Source: Gammaproteobacteria bacterium
GTDB taxonomy: Bacteria > Pseudomonadota > Gammaproteobacteria > Magnimaribacterales > AG-339-G14
DNA: 64,000 nt
Assembly (NCBI GenBank): GCA_004213955.1
Contig: SGZL01000003.1
Location: 2,616-66,615 of the forward strand
Direction of reading: 5' to 3'
This document shows, in pieces, positions 19,104 through 28,417 of the stretch. The notes beneath the pieces were generated by a model. That model was not told where the DNA came from, searched no databases, and saw nothing but the letters and a program-made list of their open reading frames with translations. The first letter of the stretch is position 1. Every line of letters begins with the position of its first letter. The position numbers and the translations under genes are program-made.

Positions 19104-20917
19104 ACTACGGTATTTGTCGATAGGATCATGATAAATACTAGCGTGGTTATCATAGGACCAAGATAAATTTGCCCAGTCATATCAAAAAAATATCGGTTGA
19201 AGTAAGGCAAGATAAACATCATTGGCACGATCGCAAATAATAAGTTCACACTTAACCAATTAGTGGTCCAAAATACCGTTCCTGTGAGACCATAGGTGAG
19301 ATATTGAATAAATATAATCAAGATCAAACCTAAAGAATTTCCAATACCACCGATTAATAAAGATAACCACTTAGGTTGGTTCTCTACTCGAATTGATCCA
19401 TTGACTCGCAAAGAATTAGATAAAAAGAAGATGTAAAAGAAAGGGACGTACATTAATAGCACTAGTAAATATTCAGCTTGGAAGATTCTTACTCCCATAA
19501 ACCAAAATCTGTAGTCCACGTGAAATAAAAAATAGATCAAATTTAGGATCAAGTAGTAAAGGGTAAAAATAAGAACAGATAGAAGAACGGTCTTCAAGAA
19601 ATCTTCCAGATTAATTCTAGAACCCCAATAATCCGAATTAACTCCGTTGGCTTTACCGTGAAAATAGTAAGCTCCAAAAAATAAAATAAACCCTACTAAG
19701 CCATTGAAAGTAGCCCAAAGCATTACCGAATTATTCATCCTTTGTGGAAAGAACCAAGTTAATTCACGAGATGATGCCTCAGGAAAAACTATTTTTGCAA
19801 CTTCAACCATCGGAATAAAAGTTACACAAGCTATTCCAGCACCAATGAAAAATAAAGACCAAAATATTATTCTTCCTTTTTTTCCGGGGGAAGGTAAGGC
19901 TGGCGGCACTGTTTTTTTTATATCCGTAAAAAAAGGCAAGTTAAGCAAAACTCTAGTAAGAGGTAAAAGCATTATTAAAGAGGTAATCATGCTAATTAAA
20001 GTCATTAGTTCTTTCCAATGCCATATTTGATTAGTTGAGCTTATTTTAGGATTTAGTTGAAATGACTTTTCAAAGAATTCAAGTTGGTTTTGCATGGCTT
20101 CAAAATTGTAAGGTTGAAAAGGGTGAAGTAATGGCTCGTTGTGAACTATTCTGAGTGATCTATCATCAAGAGACCCATAAAACTTTCCAATCTCCACTTT
20201 TGCCTCGCCCTGAGAGCTTCCATGTATACCCCAATTTACAAACCTTAAAGATTCGGGTGCAATTTCCATATTTGTCGAGTCCCAACCAGAAAGTTCGTTT
20301 CTAAAGCCTCCCTCGTCATAAAGCGCATAACTGACTCCTGCGTTGGACTGAATGTTTTTTAAAATATTATCTCTAAGCGTAAGAACAAAACCAGAAATAT
20401 AAATGGAATGAAGTTTGCTATCTTGATTCAGAAGCTTTGCTTCTCTTCCAAATAGGTCGGCTCCTCGAATAGCTGCGTTACCCCCCATAGAATGACCAGT
20501 GGTTCCAATTCTTGATTTGTCTATATAGTTAAATGATTCGTTTGCATGGACGTGATTCACAAGGGCAAACATTCCATATCCTTCTTTAGTAGCGGATCTA
20601 TTTTGTTTTGAAGAGCTTGATAAACCTTGTGCATATGGATCTATTAAAGCAACCACAATATCTCTTCTGGCTAGCTCAATTGCAAAATTTGATAATGCCT
20701 CTTTCGATCTTTGAAAACCTGGGATAATAGCTATGAAAGGAGCCTTGTTTTGCTTTGATACAGTCTCAGGCTTATACCAGTCATAAACAAGATGTTGTCC
20801 ATCTTGAGTGGGCAAGGTCATAGTTGTGACATTTATTTTTCCAAAATTTGACTGAATATTAGAGGCAGCTAAGCTAGTCAAAATTATTATTGATAAACAT
20901 ATCAACAGATTTTTCAT
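19088..20917 (-). CDS. Alpha/beta-hydrolase domain fused to a C-terminal ~8-TM membrane domain
   Basis: Residues ~25-300 form an alpha/beta hydrolase domain. The nucleophile elbow is GHSMGG (Ser143, codon at 20489-20491). Residues ~303-609 contain about eight hydrophobic helices. There is an N-terminal signal/anchor. Confidence 0.6.
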   Translation of the reverse strand: MKNLLICLSIIILTSLAASNIQSNFGKINVTTMTLPTQDGQHLVYDWYKPETVSKQNKAPFIAIIPGFQRSKEALSNFAIELARRDIVVALIDPYAQGLSSSSKQNRSATKEGYGMFALVNHVHANESFNYIDKSRIGTTGHSMGGNAAIRGADLFGREAKLLNQDSKLHSIYISGFVLTLRDNILKNIQSNAGVSYALYDEGGFRNELSGWDSTNMEIAPESLRFVNWGIHGSSQGEAKVEIGKFYGSLDDRSLRIVHNEPLLHPFQPYNFEAMQNQLEFFEKSFQLNPKISSTNQIWHWKELMTLISMITSLIMLLPLTRVLLNLPFFTDIKKTVPPALPSPGKKGRIIFWSLFFIGAGIACVTFIPMVEVAKIVFPEASSRELTWFFPQRMNNSVMLWATFNGLVGFILFFGAYYFHGKANGVNSDYWGSRINLEDFLKTVLLSVLIFTLYYLILNLIYFLFHVDYRFWFMGVRIFQAEYLLVLLMYVPFFYIFFLSNSLRVNGSIRVENQPKWLSLLIGGIGNSLGLILIIFIQYLTYGLTGTVFWTTNWLSVNLLFAIVPMMFILPYFNRYFFDMTGQIYLGPMITTLVFIMILSTNTVVYLPV

Positions 20918-20980
20918 TTGGCGATTATAGAGGCATAAAAATTACTAAGAAAGATACATTTGTGTGAGATAATTATTTTT

Positions 20981-21775
20981 ATGGATTCTGTCAAGGCTGA
21001 GTTTTTTTATAGAAAACCTTTAAAAAGCGATGAGCCAAAACCTCAATTCGGTCTTTCTGAGCCAGATCCAAATCGTCCTGACCATAAAAGTTTTTTAAGA
21101 GATGTAAAAAATGCTAGAGACATAGATAGCTCTCTAGTAAAAGAGGGTTTTAAGTTACTCAAACATGAAACATCAGTTCAGGATTTTTATAATGATGCCG
21201 TTGTTTCCTCTGCTTATTATTTTGAGATGCAGGAGCTTGTTAAAAAAGAAACTAATGCGGACGAAGTCTATATAGTTTCACATATCACTAGAAATGAATT
21301 TGAAGCACAGCAGGGAAAAATGTTGGGTGCTCATAGACTCGTGCACAATGATTTCACTCCAAATTTCAACGAAACGGTGAAACCACTAATAGAAGAATCT
21401 AAGATAGATCCTTCTAGAATTTCTGTTTTTAATCTCTGGAGACGGTTTGATAAAGATTCTTTAGATGCGCCTTTTGCTGTATGCGATTCATCAACTGTAT
21501 CTGAGAGTGAATTGATACCAACTGACTTATTTAATTATCTGGATGGGGATGATGGATTTACTGTAGAAATTTATCAGTCTAGCTTTAATGATAAACATCA
21601 ATGGTATTACTACCCAAAAATGCAAAAGGATGAAGTATTGATGTTTAAAACTTTTGATTCATCGGAAAAGCCTTTTTTACCGACTTTACATAGTGCATTT
21701 GACGATTTTTCGGTTGCTGAAACAGTAAGCCCTAGAGAGAGTATTGAAGTAAGAGCTATTTGTTTATTTAAATAA
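20981..21775 (+). CDS. CmcJ/NvfI (AsaB-like) family oxygenase
   Basis: VKAEFFYRKP..., RLVHNDFTP, HQWYYYPKMQKDEVLMFKTFDS, TLHSAFDD and PRESIEVRAI match the conserved blocks of the CmcJ-like family as I recall them. ATG 20981 is preferred over the track's TTG 20960. Confidence 0.6.
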   Translation: MDSVKAEFFYRKPLKSDEPKPQFGLSEPDPNRPDHKSFLRDVKNARDIDSSLVKEGFKLLKHETSVQDFYNDAVVSSAYYFEMQELVKKETNADEVYIVSHITRNEFEAQQGKMLGAHRLVHNDFTPNFNETVKPLIEESKIDPSRISVFNLWRRFDKDSLDAPFAVCDSSTVSESELIPTDLFNYLDGDDGFTVEIYQSSFNDKHQWYYYPKMQKDEVLMFKTFDSSEKPFLPTLHSAFDDFSVAETVSPRESIEVRAICLFK

Positions 21776-21835
21776 TTTTTTATTTAATCAAATAATGTAC
21801 TAAAGTAGTTTTTTAATATTATTAAGGAGAGAACA

Positions 21836-22447
21836 ATGTTAAAACTTCATTTTGCCCCCGGATCACGAGCTGAAAGAATTTTGTGGTTATTAGAGGAGCT
21901 TGAGCTACCTTACGATTTAAATTCTATGGCTTTTCATCCAGAAGCATTGAAATCTGAGGAGCACAGAAAAAGACATCCACTAGGTCGGATTCCTGTTTTA
22001 GAAGATGGAGATGTAAGCATTTATGAATCAGGCGCAATTATTGATTACGTTATAGAGAAACATAAGAATGGCGGTTTAAAACCTAGCATTGATTCTGCTG
22101 AATATCCTTATTATCTGCAGTGGTTTCATTTTTGTGAGGGCATGATTGCTCAACCAATGAATACCATAGTTGTTCATACTATTCTGCTTCCACCTGAAAG
22201 AAGAGACGAAACAGTTTTGGGACAAGCCCAAAGGCTAGCTTCTAAATCTCTTCAAGCCATAGAATCGGCTTTAGAAGGAAAAGAGTATTTAATAGGTGAT
22301 TTTTCTGGAGTTGAATTTATGACCGGTCATTGTTGCACTAAGTTGTCTGACCTAGGTTGTGTCACTGACGAAATGCCTAATTTAAAAGGTTATGTAGAGA
22401 GAATTAAAGCCAGACCAGCTTTTATTAAAGCAGTTACTGCAAAATAA
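21836..22447 (+). CDS. Glutathione S-transferase
   Basis: 203 aa. The N-domain is HPLGRIPVLEDGDVSIYESGAIIDYV and there is a C-terminal helical domain. AAGGAGA lies upstream. Confidence 0.8.
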   Translation: MLKLHFAPGSRAERILWLLEELELPYDLNSMAFHPEALKSEEHRKRHPLGRIPVLEDGDVSIYESGAIIDYVIEKHKNGGLKPSIDSAEYPYYLQWFHFCEGMIAQPMNTIVVHTILLPPERRDETVLGQAQRLASKSLQAIESALEGKEYLIGDFSGVEFMTGHCCTKLSDLGCVTDEMPNLKGYVERIKARPAFIKAVTAK

Positions 22448-22448
22448 T

Positions 22449-23813
22449 TTAAAGTTCTTCTGTAAGCTTTTTCCCGGCTTCGACACCAAATTGATCGAAT
22501 GGATTGATATTAAGCAGTTTTGCAGATATAAAAGTTCGATACTCCCAAAAAGCTATGAGAAATCCTAAATTGAAACCATTCAATTTTGATAATTCAAAAT
22601 GATTGTATAAGGCATTAGCGTTAACTGTCTTGGATGTATTTTTAAATTCATCAGGACTTTTTTCAAAAAGCATTTTTTGAGCTTTTAGTTGTTTTGATAC
22701 TAAATTGTTTTTGAGGCGGTCCTCTTTATTCGAAATTAAATCAATGCAATATTTTGATGTACCTTGGTGAATCTGCTGAAAATAAGAATGTTGGGCCTTT
22801 GGACCATATCCCCCAAAGATGGATTGACAAGTGTTCTTAAAAGGAGAATTTAGAGCTGGAGATTTTCCTAAAGACTCCATCTCTAGTTGCTGAAAGTAAT
22901 TGGGTAGCGATCTAGACGGCCAAGAATAAGTCAAAATAATTCTGTTTTTAAAATCTAGTAAATTATTATTCCAAAGATCTAAAAATGAAATTTTTTTTAC
23001 TATAGTTTTAAATTCTTCATCTTCATGAATTAAATTGTCGACTAATGAGCCTCCTTTTTGAAACTCTGAAAACTCCTCTTCAAAATGTAATATGGCGGGA
23101 AGAGAAACAATACTCCAGATGGAATATCTTCCACCAATTGAATTCTCAAAGAAATAAGAATTTTCTTCTAAGAAAGACTCTTTCGCCTTTTTTTCATTTG
23201 CCGTGATAACAAAAAAGTTATTTTTAGAATCTTTTTGAAGTTCGCTTTCAAGCCAATTTTGAGCTAGTTTTGTACTTTCTAAAGTTTCGATAGTCGTTAG
23301 CGATTTAGAAGAAATAAAAAAAACTGTCTCATGAGGTAAAAGATTTTTTGTTTTTTCTAAAAATTCAGCTTCATCAGAACCAGTTATGAAAATAAAATTA
23401 AAATTTTCAGTTGATGAACTTTTTAAACTTTCCAGTAAAAGTTTTGGACCTTCATAAGATCCTCCTGTTCCAAGGATAATTATATTTTTAATATCATTTT
23501 TGATTAATTTATCCTTCAACAACTTTACTCTCGTAAGATCTTTTTGAAGAAAGGAAGAAGGTTTATTTCTCAACAATAAATGAGAAACCGATTTATTTTC
23601 TGATTCATTTAATATTTCACCAGATTTTAAATCCATTAAAGCTTTATCTATTTCATGGGATGAGTATATCTTTTCAAAGAGTGTTAATACTTCATCAGAA
23701 AAATTAAAGCTTCTGGTTTCGAGGGACAAAAATTCATTCTCATATGTAGAATTTTTGTATCCTAAAACATTTGTGTTAGCGAGTTTTTCAAGAGATGAAT
23801 ATATTTTATCCAT
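22449..23813 (-). CDS. pgi: Glucose-6-phosphate isomerase (short ~450-aa type)
   Basis: Motifs are ILGTGGSYEGP, IGGRYSIWS, EMESLGK and NPFDQFGVEAGK. I place the start at ATG 23813 (MDKIYSS..). The track's 23939 start would overlap the divergent neighbour. Confidence 0.8.
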   Translation of the reverse strand: MDKIYSSLEKLANTNVLGYKNSTYENEFLSLETRSFNFSDEVLTLFEKIYSSHEIDKALMDLKSGEILNESENKSVSHLLLRNKPSSFLQKDLTRVKLLKDKLIKNDIKNIIILGTGGSYEGPKLLLESLKSSSTENFNFIFITGSDEAEFLEKTKNLLPHETVFFISSKSLTTIETLESTKLAQNWLESELQKDSKNNFFVITANEKKAKESFLEENSYFFENSIGGRYSIWSIVSLPAILHFEEEFSEFQKGGSLVDNLIHEDEEFKTIVKKISFLDLWNNNLLDFKNRIILTYSWPSRSLPNYFQQLEMESLGKSPALNSPFKNTCQSIFGGYGPKAQHSYFQQIHQGTSKYCIDLISNKEDRLKNNLVSKQLKAQKMLFEKSPDEFKNTSKTVNANALYNHFELSKLNGFNLGFLIAFWEYRTFISAKLLNINPFDQFGVEAGKKLTEEL

Positions 23814-23847
23814 AATTAGAATTTGAGAGATTATAACTAATTTATCT

Positions 23848-24546
23848 TTGGTATTATTGAGGTTTATGAACTTATTCTTGGCAATTAATGTAATCAGATA
23901 TTCGTCTATTTTTTTTATTTTTGGTGTTTTGGTTGCCATGTTTTTTTATCCCGGCGGTAATATTCATGACCCCAATCAACTTGGATACTCATTTACTAGT
24001 AATTTTTTGAGTGATCTAGGTGGATATGAATCTCATTCTGGCGAAGTAAATTTTTTGTCTTCAACTTTCTTCGCATTATCTTTATCAGTTTTTGCTTTAG
24101 CAGGAATAGCATTTTTATCAATTCCCTTAATATTTGATGACGACAAAATAAATTATTATTTTAGTCTTTTCGGAGCAATACTTTTTTTTATAGGAGCAAT
24201 ATTTTTTGCCGCAGTTGGGTTCACACCCTTTGATCTTTACTTTGAGGAGCATGTCTTTTTTGCAAAAAACTCATTCCGATTAATGATCCCCGCATCTTTT
24301 TTCATTTTAGTTGCTTTGATAAGAAGTAAAATCTCTAAGTATTATTTATACATAATTTCTTTATTTTTAGTTTCAACAATACTCTATGTGATCTATTTAA
24401 ATGTTGGAGGCAATCCGATTGAAAATAAAGATGATCTAATTCCAAATGTCATTGCCCAAAAACTAATTGTATTTGTAAGTATGATTTGTATTTTTTTAGT
24501 AACATTTGCCTTTTCTGAAAAACTTAAACAAAAACAATTAATATGA
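23848..24546 (+). CDS. Polytopic membrane protein, function unknown (possibly DUF998-like)
   Basis: 232 aa with about 6-7 TM helices. The FLSDLGG motif is reminiscent of DUF998. The start is TTG 23848 or ATG 23866. Confidence 0.45.
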   Translation: MVLLRFMNLFLAINVIRYSSIFFIFGVLVAMFFYPGGNIHDPNQLGYSFTSNFLSDLGGYESHSGEVNFLSSTFFALSLSVFALAGIAFLSIPLIFDDDKINYYFSLFGAILFFIGAIFFAAVGFTPFDLYFEEHVFFAKNSFRLMIPASFFILVALIRSKISKYYLYIISLFLVSTILYVIYLNVGGNPIENKDDLIPNVIAQKLIVFVSMICIFLVTFAFSEKLKQKQLI

Positions 24547-25091
24547 TTGGACACAAATTAATACTTAAAATGGGTAATCCAATTTTAAGAGAGGTCTCCT
24601 CGCCTTTTTCAAAGGATGAAATTTTATCTGAACCCTCTAAAGAATTAGTAAAAAAAATGTGGGAAGTTATGGAGGAAGCCGGAGGAATTGGTCTTGCTGC
24701 ACCACAAATTGGTATCTTAAAACAATTAGCCGTAATTAAATTAGATAGTAATTCTGAAAGATATGAAAATATTGAAGATTCTGAAGAATTTGTAATTTTC
24801 AATCCAGAACTTGAAATATTAGATGAAACAAAACAAGGGTTTTGGGAAGGGTGTTTAAGTGTTCCAGGTCTAAGAGGATACGTCGAAAGACCAAGAAAAC
24901 TTAAAATTAGTTATTTAAATGAACAAGCTGAAGAGAAAGAATTAATAGTTGAAGATTTCTTAGCTACTGTTTTTCAACATGAATTAGATCATTTGTTTGG
25001 GTTTTTGTATGTCGATCGACTTAAATCCAACAAAGATTTAATTTTTGAAAACGAAGGAAGTAAAATATCCGAGGACAAGATTCTCGATTAA
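24543..25091 (+). CDS. def: Peptide deformylase
   Basis: All three canonical motifs are present: GIGLAAPQIG, EGCLSVPG and QHELDHL. Confidence 0.92.
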   Translation: MIGHKLILKMGNPILREVSSPFSKDEILSEPSKELVKKMWEVMEEAGGIGLAAPQIGILKQLAVIKLDSNSERYENIEDSEEFVIFNPELEILDETKQGFWEGCLSVPGLRGYVERPRKLKISYLNEQAEEKELIVEDFLATVFQHELDHLFGFLYVDRLKSNKDLIFENEGSKISEDKILD

Positions 25092-25096
25092 GCGAT

Positions 25097-25561
25097 ATGA
25101 TTGAAGATGTAGATGTTACTTTTATGCGCCAAGCAATTGAATTAGCTAGAAAGGGCGGAGAATCAAATGAAGTACCGGTTGGCGCTGTTGTTACTTTTAA
25201 GGGAGAAATTATTGGGAAAGGATTCAACCAATGCATACAGAATCATGATCCTACTGCTCATGCTGAAATAATTGCTATAAGAGCTGCGGCAAAGCATGTT
25301 GGTAATTACCGTCTCAATGAATGTAATCTTTACGTGACACTCGAGCCTTGTCTAATGTGTTTTGGTGCTCTTGTTCATGCAAGAATAAGTAAATTAATTT
25401 ATGGCGCAGACGATATTAAGACTGGAGCTCTTCAATACAATAAAGATCAAATTAATTTCACAAAGCTAAATCATAAATTTGAGATAACCTCCGGTATTTT
25501 GAAAGAGGAATGCGCCGAACTTTTATCTAGCTTTTTTAAAGAAAAGAGACTTAAAATTTAA
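25097..25561 (+). CDS. tadA: tRNA adenosine(34) deaminase
   Basis: CDA-fold zinc motifs HAEIIAIR and PCLMCFGAL, with a size typical of TadA. Confidence 0.9.
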   Translation: MIEDVDVTFMRQAIELARKGGESNEVPVGAVVTFKGEIIGKGFNQCIQNHDPTAHAEIIAIRAAAKHVGNYRLNECNLYVTLEPCLMCFGALVHARISKLIYGADDIKTGALQYNKDQINFTKLNHKFEITSGILKEECAELLSSFFKEKRLKI

Positions 25562-26363
25562 ATTCAGTCCAGACTGGAGCATGGTCTGATGGTTTTTCCA
25601 TGCCTCTAATTTCATAATCAATATCAGCTGCCTCTGCCAAATCTAATAGGCTTTCAGTAACCCATAAATGATCTATTCTTAATCCTCTCTTTGGCGAATC
25701 ATCAAAACCTCTGCTTCTATAATCAAACCAGCTGAATTTTTCATCTGATTCTGGGTAAAACTTTCTGTAAGAATCTTTGAAACCCCAATCTTTAATTTTC
25801 TGTAACCACTCTCTTTCTTCTGGTAAAAAACTGCATTTTCCTGTGGCCAACCATCTTTTTCTATTATCTTCTCCAATACCTATGTCTATATCTTCCGGAG
25901 AAATATTTAAATCTCCTAAAATTATTATATTTTCGTTCTTTTTAAAATTATTATTTAAATGTTTCATGAGATCTTTAAAAAATTTTTCTTTGTAAGGAAA
26001 TTTCTTGGGATGATCTCGATTATCGCCTTGAGGAAAATATCCATTTATTATTACCACTTCCTCTTTATTTAATAAATGCCTTGAAGTTATCAGTCTGCAT
26101 TGAGCATCCTCGTCATCTGTTTCAAAGCCAATACTTGATGACAATAAGTTGTCTTTATGGAAAGTGGCGACACCATAATGACCTTTTTGACCGTTAATAA
26201 TTTTTTGATATCCAAGTTTATCTATCTCTTCATGAGGAAAGTCATCATTGTGAACTTTCGTTTCTTGTAAACAAAAAACCTCAGGTGTGTGCTTAGAAAT
26301 CAGTTTTTCTAACTGATGATATCTAGCTCTGATTCCATTAACGTTGAATGAAAAAATTTTCAT
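25551..26363 (-). CDS. xthA: Exodeoxyribonuclease III
   Basis: MKIFSFNVNGIRAR..LQETK...ILGDLNI...IDHLWV...PSDHAPVW, the EEP-fold AP endonuclease pattern. Confidence 0.9.
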   Translation of the reverse strand: MKIFSFNVNGIRARYHQLEKLISKHTPEVFCLQETKVHNDDFPHEEIDKLGYQKIINGQKGHYGVATFHKDNLLSSSIGFETDDEDAQCRLITSRHLLNKEEVVIINGYFPQGDNRDHPKKFPYKEKFFKDLMKHLNNNFKKNENIIILGDLNISPEDIDIGIGEDNRKRWLATGKCSFLPEEREWLQKIKDWGFKDSYRKFYPESDEKFSWFDYRSRGFDDSPKRGLRIDHLWVTESLLDLAEAADIDYEIRGMEKPSDHAPVWTEFKF

Positions 26364-28411
26364 TGATTTAAAATACCGAAACTAAGCCTTGATGGAGCTT
26401 CCTTGAGTTGAATAGAATCGACAAGAATTTCTGCAGCTTCTTTTAAAACAATTCCTTCTCTGAGCTCTGAAATCTCCTCTGGATCTGAGTTTACAAATTC
26501 ATCATAAGTTACGAAAGGATCTAAATTTAATGATTTTCTAAATTTATTTTCCATCTTTAGGATTTTTTCTTCTCTAGCGAGTTTCATAATTTTTCTGATT
26601 TCTAAATTTATTGGAACCTCATTACTATTTTTTTCGATTTCATAGAATTCTTGTTGAGAATTTATGTAAATACTCATTTCATTTGAATCAGTTCTGTTTG
26701 AAGAAGTTGTTTTAAGAAGATCTACATTTTCAACATTATTAAACGAACGGTAAAAGATTGGATCGATATGATTATAGGGAAGAGAATTTTCATATGACCT
26801 TTCTCCTATTTCCTCATCATCAAAAACTAGAGGAATTGTGATGTCTGGTTCAACCCCTTTATTTTGAGTACTTTCTCCTGAGACCCTATAGTACTTTTGT
26901 TCCGTAAATTTTAAGTGACCATGTGAAAGTTCTATCATTCTTTGTACGGTTCCTTTTCCAAAAGTTTGACTCCCAATTACTAGTCCTCGATCATAATCTT
27001 GTATTACTCCAGCAAGTATTTCAGAAGCAGATGCGCTTAATTTATCAACTAAAATAACAATGGGTCCGTCGTAATTTTGTTGGCCTAAATTATGTCCCAA
27101 GGACTGCAATGAACCATTCGCTTCCATGACTTGAACAACATTGCCTCTGCCAATGAAAAGTTTTGCTAAAGAATAGGCTTCATAAAGAAAGCCTCCGCCA
27201 TTTCCCCTTAGATCTAGTACAAGCCCATCAATGTTTGATTCGTCTAATTCCCTTAATATTTTTTTTACATCTCTTGAGCTACTTTTATAGTCAAATCTAT
27301 TTTTGTTGTAAGCTTCAAAGTCCATATAAAAAGTTGGTAATTCTATGACTCCGATATTGTAATTACGTGAAGCTCTTTTAATTTCAATTTCTTTCTTCTT
27401 TGCAGCTGCATCTTCAAGTTTCACAACATCTCTAGTAATTTCAATCAATTTTCCTTTGTCTTCGTTATCTGAAGCAGCGGGTAAAACTTCTAGTTGAACA
27501 ACTGTAGACTTTGGTCCTCTGATAAGTTTAACCACTTCGTCGATTCTCCAATCTCGAACATCAACTACGTTGTCATTTATAGACTTACCAACCCCAACAA
27601 TTTTATCAGTCACCTTAAGAAGTCCTGATTTTTCAGCTGGTCCGCCGGGAATTAATCTAGTAATCTTTGTGATGCCATCTTCTGAGGATAGAATTGCCCC
27701 AATGCCTTCCAACGACGCTTTTAAATTTATTTCCCAATCTTCTTGGGTAGTGGGAGTCATATAATTTGTGTGGGGGTCATAGAAATCAGTATAGGAGTTG
27801 ATGTAAAGACTAAAAATCTCATCTGATGAAATTCTATTCAGGCTCTTCTTTCGATTATTCAATCTTTTTATGATTTTTTCTTTAGCTTTAGTGAGATCAT
27901 TTTCTTTTAAATAAATTGAAATAAGCTCACTAAGGGCAAGGTTTTGCTGATACGTTTTAATCTGTGAGTATGATTTAAATCGATCTAAATCTTCTCTATT
28001 TTTGTAAACAATTTCAGTGCCATTTAAATCCTCTTCATTTTCTACCAATTCAATTAAAGATTTTTGATGCTCAAGTAAATTTATAGATCTTTCCTTGTAG
28101 TAATTGAAAAGCATAAAGGCAAGATTTATTTCATCGGTTGGACTAATTAGAGGTTTTATGGAAAAAGATTCTATTTCATTTTCCGTAAATATGGTTTTTT
28201 GACTATCTACCTGATTTATATATTTCTCAACAATTTTGGATTTCCTTAATGATATGTCGTTATTGAAATGATTTTTTTGGAGAACATATTGAACTTCCTC
28301 ATAAACTTTTGAATACAAAGATCTATCTTCTTCTGTAAGAGGAAAAATTCTTTCTAAACCAAACGAATTAATGGATAAGCAGAGAAAGGTTAGGAGAAGA
28401 ATTTTTTTCAT
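26360..28411 (-). CDS. prc: Tail-specific (C-terminal processing) protease, S41 family
   Basis: 683 aa with a signal peptide and a PDZ region. The S41 catalytic blocks are LVDKLSASASEILAG and TFGKGTVQ. Confidence 0.85.
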   Translation of the reverse strand: MKKILLLTFLCLSINSFGLERIFPLTEEDRSLYSKVYEEVQYVLQKNHFNNDISLRKSKIVEKYINQVDSQKTIFTENEIESFSIKPLISPTDEINLAFMLFNYYKERSINLLEHQKSLIELVENEEDLNGTEIVYKNREDLDRFKSYSQIKTYQQNLALSELISIYLKENDLTKAKEKIIKRLNNRKKSLNRISSDEIFSLYINSYTDFYDPHTNYMTPTTQEDWEINLKASLEGIGAILSSEDGITKITRLIPGGPAEKSGLLKVTDKIVGVGKSINDNVVDVRDWRIDEVVKLIRGPKSTVVQLEVLPAASDNEDKGKLIEITRDVVKLEDAAAKKKEIEIKRASRNYNIGVIELPTFYMDFEAYNKNRFDYKSSSRDVKKILRELDESNIDGLVLDLRGNGGGFLYEAYSLAKLFIGRGNVVQVMEANGSLQSLGHNLGQQNYDGPIVILVDKLSASASEILAGVIQDYDRGLVIGSQTFGKGTVQRMIELSHGHLKFTEQKYYRVSGESTQNKGVEPDITIPLVFDDEEIGERSYENSLPYNHIDPIFYRSFNNVENVDLLKTTSSNRTDSNEMSIYINSQQEFYEIEKNSNEVPINLEIRKIMKLAREEKILKMENKFRKSLNLDPFVTYDEFVNSDPEEISELREGIVLKEAAEILVDSIQLKEAPSRLSFGILNQ

Positions 28412-28417
28412 ACTAAA

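Noticed and set aside
21798-21814. A small hairpin (acta-aag-tagt) followed by a T-run after the CmcJ-like gene, considered as a possible terminator.
   Set aside because: The stem is only 4 bp and AT-rich, with a 3-nt loop. That is far too weak to call in a genome where T-runs are everywhere.
23814-23939. A 42-codon N-terminal extension of pgi in the ORF track (MATKTPKIKK...).
   Set aside because: The extension would overlap the divergent membrane-protein gene by ~90 nt and has no counterpart in PGI. ATG 23813 (MDKIYSS...) gives a normal N-terminus.
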